DNA of 32,000 bases from Geotalea uraniireducens Rf4. Lineage in GTDB: Bacteria > Desulfobacterota > Desulfuromonadia > Geobacterales > Geobacteraceae. Shown in pieces: positions 26,037 to 32,000 of this stretch; the first letter of the stretch is position 1, and the number at the start of each line of letters is the position of its first letter. Location of the stretch: the NCBI RefSeq assembly GCF_000016745.1, contig NC_009483.1:570001-602000 (forward strand), in the 5' to 3' direction. The notes under the pieces were generated by a model. That model was not told the origin of the DNA and ran no database searches. It saw only the letters and a list, made by a program, of their open reading frames with translations. The position numbers and the translations under genes are program-made.

Positions 26037-26160
26037 AACCGAAGTCTTGCGTACAAGATAATTATCAAAGGTGGAGTGTCTGAATAAAATGCACTCTTCC
26101 TTGCTTATCTTTTTACTATTGTGGTAGTCTTACAGCTCAGTAACCTTTGGATGGAGATTT

Positions 26161-27324
26161 ATGAACGAATTTATTACCCCCCCCGAAGCCGAACCAGAAA
26201 ACGAAGTGTTTCCTGTTGAACCCCGTTATCACCCGGTACATAAAATTCCCCGAAAAATTTACGATTTCTTTGCATCTGCCAAGCTGGCAATGGCTCTGCT
26301 GGTAATTATCCTGGCATGTTGCCTGACAGGGGTTACCATCCTGCGAGGGGCGCGGGCCTGGAGCCTGATCTTTAACACGCTCTGGTTCAATGCCCTGCTG
26401 GTACTGTTGGTGGTGAATGTGGCCTGCTGTTTTTTCGGCAGGATATGGCACAGGAAGCTGACGCTGATTACTTTTGGCATGATCCTGTTTCACCTCAGTT
26501 TTGTGGCGATACTTGGAGGAATCATTTACAACAGCCTGTTCTATTTCAGGGGAAATATCCGGCTGACCGAGGGGGAGGTCCTCCCGAGCGGTGATCCTCA
26601 GAGTTACGATCTGATTGACAAAGGGCGTTTTTTCTCCTTTGCGCGATTGAAGGGCGAGACATCGCTCGTCAAAATGCATGTCGGCTACAAGGTTGCCGGC
26701 GAGGACAAGCGGGCTGCATACGAAGTGGCGGTCGGCGAGGACGGTGACAGGAAGCAGGGTATCATTTACATTACCCATAAGTTGACCCACAAGGGATTCG
26801 ATTACTTCAACGACAAGGAAGGATATTCGCTGCTGGTCACGCTTTCCAACAAGCAGGGGCAGGATCTGTACGGGGCTTATCTGCCGCTGCAGAGCATTCA
26901 GCAGAAGGATGACAGTTACTTGTATACAACCGGTTACAAAGAGGGGGGCTTGGTTAGGGTGGACGCTATTCGGTTTCCGGTTCCTCCTGAGAAGCCACGT
27001 TTTGCCCTGCAGGTTACGTATCAGCCGTCCAAGCTGAAGGAGCGTGGAGGGGATGCGGCGTTCCTGCTTTTTGCGATTGATGAGAAAGGGATGCTGAAAT
27101 CCGACAAGCCAGTTGCCGAAGGAAAGGCCTCCATCGGGGAGCAGTTTGCCGCCGGCGAGTATATCCTGTCGGCCAAGGAGGTGCGTTACTGGGTTGGCAT
27201 GCTGGTGCGCTACGAGCCGGGCAAGCCGATTGTGCTTGCAAGCCTCTGGGTGGGGCTGGCCGGGATGATCATCACGACGATAGGGCGGATGAGGAAAGGC
27301 AAGGCATATGGGAAGGCTTCCTGA
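26161..27324 (+). CDS. ccsB: System II cytochrome c biogenesis protein ResB/CcsB
   Basis: GGAG lies 4 nt before the ATG. FFASAKLAMALLVIILACCLTGVTI (TM1), LWFNALLVLLVVNVACCFFGRIW (TM2) and a His-containing TM3 (MILFHLSFVAILGG) precede a large soluble loop and a C-terminal TM. This is the typical ResB topology and N-terminal signature. Confidence 0.8.
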   Translation: MNEFITPPEAEPENEVFPVEPRYHPVHKIPRKIYDFFASAKLAMALLVIILACCLTGVTILRGARAWSLIFNTLWFNALLVLLVVNVACCFFGRIWHRKLTLITFGMILFHLSFVAILGGIIYNSLFYFRGNIRLTEGEVLPSGDPQSYDLIDKGRFFSFARLKGETSLVKMHVGYKVAGEDKRAAYEVAVGEDGDRKQGIIYITHKLTHKGFDYFNDKEGYSLLVTLSNKQGQDLYGAYLPLQSIQQKDDSYLYTTGYKEGGLVRVDAIRFPVPPEKPRFALQVTYQPSKLKERGGDAAFLLFAIDEKGMLKSDKPVAEGKASIGEQFAAGEYILSAKEVRYWVGMLVRYEPGKPIVLASLWVGLAGMIITTIGRMRKGKAYGKAS

Positions 27325-27561
27325 ACGCGAAAAAATTGACGGATACCAGGAGTTATGTTTAAATGATAAACTTTAGAGCGGACAAGCTGGAACTATGCAG
27401 AAGCAAGCAATAGCACGCAGATAAATTCGGATAGAATCTGATAATATCATGTGTTAGGCCAATAAATACTGGGTTGTAACCCGAAGAAGATTTATACAGC
27501 TTCATTCTTGTTAATGTTTTGTTAATACTGAAGTCATTAATCGCATTTTGGAGGTGAACAA

Positions 27562-28389
27562 ATGAAGCCAGAACTCATGTTGTTTTGGACCGCAGTTTCG
27601 CTGTATGGCATTAGCACCTTCAGCTACATCTTCGGCATGATTGCAAAGCAGGACAAGCTCTTCACCATTGGCCTGTTCAGCGCTGTGGCAGGATTTGTGC
27701 CCCATGTTGCTGTGATTGCCCTGCGCTGGTCTGCGACCGGTATAACTCCTTTCATTGATATTTCCGAATCTCTCACGCTCGGGATATTCATGACGGTACT
27801 GCTGTTTCTGGTGTTCCAGTTCTCCACGAAAAAAGTTCGCCCCCTTGGCGTGTTGGTGATGCCCGTTGCCTTTGTGCTGTTGGGGTGGGCCGGAACGCTG
27901 ATGAAAGAGGTTGCCGCAACCCTGGCGCCTGCTCTGCAGAGCGGCTGGATATGGGTGCATATTGTCGGGGCTTCGGCCGGTTTTGCGTCGGTGCTGATTG
28001 CAGCGGGGCTTGGACTTATGTATCTACTTAAGGAAAATAAATCCGGCGGCATCTATGATAAGCTACCGGATCTTGCAACACTTGATATGTTTTCGTACCG
28101 TTTTGTTGCCGGCGGGTTTATCCTCTATGGTCTGATGATGATATCGGGATGCTTCTGGTCCAACCAGGTCAAGGGGAGTTACTGGGGATGGGATCCGGTG
28201 GAGGTGTGGTCGCTGGTTTCCTGGCTTACCTACGGCATTTATCTGCACCTGCGGGTAACCTTCGGCTGGCGCGGCAGAAGGCTGGCATGGTATGCGCTGA
28301 TTGCACTTATCGCCATGATCGTCAGCTACTGGGGGATACCGTTCACCGTGGAAACATTTCATAGTGGTTTCAGGATCGATCATAAGTGA
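27562..28389 (+). CDS. ccsA: System II cytochrome c synthase subunit CcsA/ResC (heme-handling WWD protein)
   Basis: GGAGGTG lies 6 nt before the ATG. The protein is polytopic and carries the Trp-rich WWD signature WGWDPVEVWSLVSWLTYGIYLHLR with flanking conserved-type His residues. Confidence 0.88.
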   Translation: MKPELMLFWTAVSLYGISTFSYIFGMIAKQDKLFTIGLFSAVAGFVPHVAVIALRWSATGITPFIDISESLTLGIFMTVLLFLVFQFSTKKVRPLGVLVMPVAFVLLGWAGTLMKEVAATLAPALQSGWIWVHIVGASAGFASVLIAAGLGLMYLLKENKSGGIYDKLPDLATLDMFSYRFVAGGFILYGLMMISGCFWSNQVKGSYWGWDPVEVWSLVSWLTYGIYLHLRVTFGWRGRRLAWYALIALIAMIVSYWGIPFTVETFHSGFRIDHK

Positions 28390-28445
28390 ATATAATTTAA
28401 AAACGTAACGTTAATGTAAACAAAAATGTTACGGGAGAAATTGCC

Positions 28446-28928
28446 GTGCGGAAAATAGTTGTTGTTGCCATTTTGTGCTTTTTATTATTTATGGCTGCAT
28501 GTACTGAAAGAAATGTTGAGTCTGTAAAAAAGCCGAATGCGAAGAGTACTGAAATGACGGTGCATGGGGGAGAAGCTGCTAATTCAGAACCTGTCAGTCT
28601 TTCGGGTATTGTCAAAAATCAGTCCTTGCCTGCGTACCCAGCAATGACCGTCGGCAAGGCATTTGACAGTTACTCTCATCTCACGAAAAAGCAATGGAAA
28701 GAGACCCATGGAGCCAATGGTACAGTATACATTGATTTCTCCGGTTGGCTTGATGGCAAAACGCTTGGAGTTGAGGTCAAGTTTGTAATCGATCGGGAGG
28801 GGGTATTTTTTGTCGGCATGGCATCGAAGCTGGAGGCTATGACCGATGGCAGGGTCTTTGCCTATCCGCTGCCAGATGTGAAGGCGGTCTTGGATAGTAT
28901 CTATGCCAACAAGGAGATAGTCCTTTAG
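28446..28928 (+). CDS. small hypothetical lipoprotein
   Basis: GGGAGA lies 7 nt before GTG 28446. The signal peptide has a lipobox-like end (MRKIVVVAILCFLLFMAAC). The stop TAG is immediately followed by the ATG of the next gene. Confidence 0.6.
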   Translation: MRKIVVVAILCFLLFMAACTERNVESVKKPNAKSTEMTVHGGEAANSEPVSLSGIVKNQSLPAYPAMTVGKAFDSYSHLTKKQWKETHGANGTVYIDFSGWLDGKTLGVEVKFVIDREGVFFVGMASKLEAMTDGRVFAYPLPDVKAVLDSIYANKEIVL

Positions 28929-30266
28929 ATGAAACTCGCAATCATATTTCCTCCCCTCCCCTTCGGCTGGACCCCGGTGGCCCCGCCGATCCTGGAGTAT
29001 CTGGCCGCGCTTACCCGCAGGGTCGATCCGTCTATCGAGATTGAACTGATCAGCGCCAGTGCCACACCAGACGCCTTTGACAAGTTGGAGTGCGACTTGG
29101 CGTCCATCAGTATTCTGACGCCGACGGCGGTGCCGGGGTACCATATTGCCGACGGTCTGCGGGCGCGGGGCATCAAGGTCGTGTTTGGCGGTATGCATGC
29201 TTCCGCCATGCCTGAGGAGGCCAAATCCCACGGGGATGCAGTGGTCATCGGTGAGGCGGAGTCGGCTTGGCCCGAGGTGCTGCGTGATTTTCGCGCCGGT
29301 CAGCTGAAACCTTTTTATCGTGGTGAACAACTACCTCTCAACGATCTACCCACGCCTCTCTACGGAAAGTTGGGAGGGGGACATCAGTTCCGCGTCATCA
29401 ATACTTCGCGCGGTTGTCCATACAACTGTACATTCTGTTCAGTGAAGCCTTTCTTCGGGGCAAGTATCCGATTCCGTCCCATCGAGGATGTGGTGCGCGA
29501 TGTATGCGCGATCCCCGAAAAGATGTATATCAACGGGGACGAGAATATCTGGTGGGAAGGCTTTGAGCAGCGGGCAATAGATCTGTTCACAGCACTCAAG
29601 GTGGCGAAAAAAAAGTGGATGGGCTTTGGCAGCCTGCGTCCGGTGCTGTCGCCGGCGGGGTCGCGGATGTTGAACGCGGCCCGTGAAAGCGGCATGCTGA
29701 CCGTCTGGGTCGGCTGGGATGCCATATCTGACGAGTCGCTGACGGCGTATAAGGCCAACGGCAAGGTAGGCGTCGACCGCGAACGAGCAGTGCGCACGCT
29801 TAGGGATCATGGTATCGATGTGTCGCTGTTTTATATGCTTGGCAGCCGCGAGGATTCCCTGGACGATTTCAAGCGCTCCGTAGAGGTCGCCGACAGATTG
29901 GGAGTAAGTATGCATCCTTCGCTGGTAGTCCCCTATCCGGGGACGGAACTGCGCCAGCAGTATGAACCCTATCTGTATAAGGAGCTGGGTTGGGAGTACT
30001 ATACCGGGGCGTACGCGTTGTTTGACCATCCGGATGCGGCCATGACCCCGGAAGCGCGGGAAGAGGCGTTTTACGAAAGTTCGCTGGAGCTGTTGAGTCT
30101 GCCGCGGGTGCTGCGGCACATGTTCAAGGTCCCCTTGTCGGGATTTCCCTATGCCCACATCCTTTCGCTCATGAACCAGCTTCCGGTCCGAAAAGGGATG
30201 AAGATAGCGTATGAGCAATGGAAAGCTTCCAAAAAGGCTGTGGGTGAAAAACAGATCATTGTGTAA
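28929..30266 (+). CDS. class-B radical SAM enzyme (cobalamin-binding-type domain + radical SAM core), second copy in window
   Basis: The N-terminal Rossmann-like domain (MKLAIIFPP..ILTPTAVPGYHIADGLRARGIKVVFGGMH) is followed by NTSRGCPYNCTFC (CX3CX2C). Confidence 0.85.
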   Translation: MKLAIIFPPLPFGWTPVAPPILEYLAALTRRVDPSIEIELISASATPDAFDKLECDLASISILTPTAVPGYHIADGLRARGIKVVFGGMHASAMPEEAKSHGDAVVIGEAESAWPEVLRDFRAGQLKPFYRGEQLPLNDLPTPLYGKLGGGHQFRVINTSRGCPYNCTFCSVKPFFGASIRFRPIEDVVRDVCAIPEKMYINGDENIWWEGFEQRAIDLFTALKVAKKKWMGFGSLRPVLSPAGSRMLNAARESGMLTVWVGWDAISDESLTAYKANGKVGVDRERAVRTLRDHGIDVSLFYMLGSREDSLDDFKRSVEVADRLGVSMHPSLVVPYPGTELRQQYEPYLYKELGWEYYTGAYALFDHPDAAMTPEAREEAFYESSLELLSLPRVLRHMFKVPLSGFPYAHILSLMNQLPVRKGMKIAYEQWKASKKAVGEKQIIV

Positions 30267-30544
30267 CCGACTGGGTTCTTCAAATACCTTGCTAAATTAA
30301 GTCAAAAGCCACCCTCCCCCATATCCTGCCGCAGATTGCCTACTACATCGACCAGCGTAAGGTTGATATCCGGGGACTAAAAAACGACATCAATCCTCGG
30401 ATCTATTTCAGCTAATGCTTATATTTTGTGCAAATCTGCTTTTGTGCCTGCTTGTTGTGCACTTTTCCCGGAGTGGCGGCGTAGTTTGAGAATGCAATTG
30501 CCTTTAACTGGTCGATACTGTTATACTAAAATATCGTTTGTTCT

Positions 30545-30560
30545 TGGCAGGAAGTTTGCT
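30545..30560 (+). promoter_or_regulatory. sigma54 (RpoN) -24/-12 promoter
   Basis: TGGCAG-GAAGT-TTGCT matches the TGGCAC-N5-TTGCW consensus with exact GG/GC spacing. It lies 50 nt upstream of ATG 30610. Three TTGTGC direct repeats (30426-30431, 30442-30447, 30455-30460) sit 85-120 nt upstream and are a possible enhancer-binding-protein site. Confidence 0.55.
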
Positions 30561-30609
30561 TGTTTTTTTTATCCACCCCCGACAATCAAGACATTATTAA
30601 GGAGTTCTT

Positions 30610-32000
30610 ATGTCTACCATTGATAGCGAAAGTCATCGTCTGACTGAAGACATTCTCGGCTTCATCGAGGCTGGCGTCGACGCCGAGCTGCCCGCCTTCA
30701 ACGACTACTCTATGCGACTGTTTGCATTCCAATACGCTAACAACAAGCTCTTTCGGGAGTTCTGTGATGCGAAGAAGGTCCGGCCCGGCGACATCGACCG
30801 ATGGGAGGATGTGCCCATGGTCTACAACGATGTCTTCAAGACACATCTCGTGTCGTCTTTCCCGCTGGAGGAGGCGGTGCTGTCCTGTCTCACCGGCGGT
30901 ACTACCAGCATTACGCAGCGGGGCCGCATCTTCCGTGACGAGGACGGCAAGCGCCTCGTGTTTGCGGCGAACCGCGTTATGACCGGCTCCTACCTCTTCC
31001 CCGACTTCGAGGAAGGGAAGCGTTGCCGCATCCTGATCCTTGCCCCCAGCCCCGAACTCGCCCCCTCCATGGGCATGGCCATCGGCATGGACCAGACCCG
31101 CCAGGCCTTCGGCACGCCGGACAGCATGTTCCTGCTCGGAAAGACAGGCATTGACATCAAGAATCTCCTCAAGGCGTTGCGCGAGTCGGAAGCGAGCGGT
31201 GTACCGGTAGCGCTCATCGGCGCTACGTCGGCGTACGTATATTTCTTTCAGGCCTGCCGTCGCAAAAAGATAAAGTTTCACCTGCCGCCAGGCAGCCGCA
31301 TATGTGACGGTGGTGGCTACCGGGGCCGATTCGGGGTCGTGACCCGCGAAGACTACTACGGGATGGTTCAGGAAATCCTGGCCATACCGGAGAGCCATTG
31401 CGTCAACGTGCTCGGCGAAGCAGAGACGGCGACCAACCTTTTTGACGATGCCCTCCGTCGTCATGTGAAGGGGTTGCCCCCCCGCAAGCGCACACGGCCG
31501 GTGCCGCCCTGGTCGCGTGTTCTGGCCATGAATATCGATGACTTGTCGCCGCTGCCTGACGGAGAGGTCGGTCTTCTCGCGCACTGGGACCTGGCCAACG
31601 TGCCGACGGTTCTGTCGGTGATCACCGACAACCTCGGCTATACCACCGACGGAGGAACCGGCTGCGAGATGGTGGGACGCGCCAAGATCGAGAACGGCAA
31701 GGTGTCGCCGCTGCCTGACGAAACACCCGGCAGCCCCATGGGGGACTCGGCAATCTTCCGCATGCTTGAGACCTATACGAACTTCTCCATCGACTTCAAG
31801 ATGGCGTTGGCCAAGGACCCGAAAGTCGCTCCCAGCGTGCGCGAGGAGATCGAAGCCAGACCCGGTTCTGTTGCGTCGTGCCCGCAGGTCGTTGACGAGA
31901 TTCTCGTAGCACAGGCCGATGATGAGGCTGCAAAGCTGCGGGATGACTCCTTGAAGACTTTCAAGGACCAGACCGAGCGGCCGCTGGATTGGTACAAATC
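30610..32000 (+). CDS. LuxE-like acyl-protein synthetase (adenylate-forming), 3'-truncated by window edge
   Basis: This gene is absent from the ORF track because no stop occurs before nt 32000. AAGGAG (30599-30604) precedes ATG 30610, and 463 codons are open by my own translation. FAFQYANNKLFREFC, WEDVPMV..DVFK, IGATSAYVYFFQACRRKKIKFHLPPGSRICDGGGYRG and RPVPPWSRVLAMNIDDLSPLPDGEVGLL parallel Vibrio LuxE blocks (GGGWK and VPPW..PDG..GL). The listed 332-aa minus-strand ORF 30586..31584 is its antisense shadow. Confidence 0.75.
   Translation, partial: MSTIDSESHRLTEDILGFIEAGVDAELPAFNDYSMRLFAFQYANNKLFREFCDAKKVRPGDIDRWEDVPMVYNDVFKTHLVSSFPLEEAVLSCLTGGTTSITQRGRIFRDEDGKRLVFAANRVMTGSYLFPDFEEGKRCRILILAPSPELAPSMGMAIGMDQTRQAFGTPDSMFLLGKTGIDIKNLLKALRESEASGVPVALIGATSAYVYFFQACRRKKIKFHLPPGSRICDGGGYRGRFGVVTREDYYGMVQEILAIPESHCVNVLGEAETATNLFDDALRRHVKGLPPRKRTRPVPPWSRVLAMNIDDLSPLPDGEVGLLAHWDLANVPTVLSVITDNLGYTTDGGTGCEMVGRAKIENGKVSPLPDETPGSPMGDSAIFRMLETYTNFSIDFKMALAKDPKVAPSVREEIEARPGSVASCPQVVDEILVAQADDEAAKLRDDSLKTFKDQTERPLDWYK

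Noticed and set aside
18940-26160. Search for a small Cys-rich precursor peptide gene that would make the rSAM operon a classic RiPP cluster
   Set aside because: The intergenic gaps (48, 51 and 124 nt) are too short, and no plausible small ORF with an RBS was found. A RiPP assignment therefore cannot be supported from this window.
26137-26790. 217-aa minus-strand ORF antisense to ccsB, and the similar 359-aa ORF 12656..13735 antisense to cytochrome gene 4
   Set aside because: The opposite strands carry recognisable ResB and multiheme signatures, and these ORFs have no motifs of their own.
30586-31584. 332-aa minus-strand ORF
   Set aside because: It is the antisense shadow of the LuxE-like gene. 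The plus strand has an AAGGAG RBS, LuxE-family motifs and a frame open to the window end, while the minus-strand product is Arg/Ala/Gly-rich with no motifs.

Overview
The window looks like a Geobacter/Desulfuromonadales-type chromosomal locus. This assignment is an inference from the protein families and roughly 55% GC. No rRNA, tRNA, CRISPR array, transposase or phage gene is visible. The first half (nt 1-15418, + strand) holds four consecutive giant multiheme c-type cytochrome genes, the first truncated at its 5' end by the window edge. By eye they carry about 112 heme-attachment-type motifs: 81 CXXCH, 27 CX4CH, 3 CX3CH and 1 CX5CH. Genes 2 and 3 contain near-perfect 597-bp (199-aa) tandem coding repeats and share a 2.1-kb block with only 3 mismatches I could find. 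Gene 4 is a membrane-anchored fusion of four Ig-like repeats to a ~20-heme domain. The second half encodes a PD40-type beta-propeller lipoprotein, then a PMT/GT39-like GT-C glycosyltransferase with a translationally coupled membrane partner. A tightly coupled six-gene minus-strand operon follows, made of three paralogous radical SAM enzymes with SPASM/twitch-like C-termini, a GT2, a GT9 and a class-B (B12-domain) radical SAM. After it come a System II cytochrome c synthase pair (ResB/CcsB + CcsA), a lipoprotein abutting a second class-B radical SAM, and a sigma54-promoted LuxE-like acyl-protein synthetase gene that runs off the window and is missing from the ORF track. The most interesting hypothesis is that the radical SAM/glycosyltransferase operon, the PMT-like enzyme and the local CcsBA form an undescribed maturation or decoration system for the neighbouring CX4CH-rich exported cytochromes. 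The function is an inference and cannot be proven from sequence alone.
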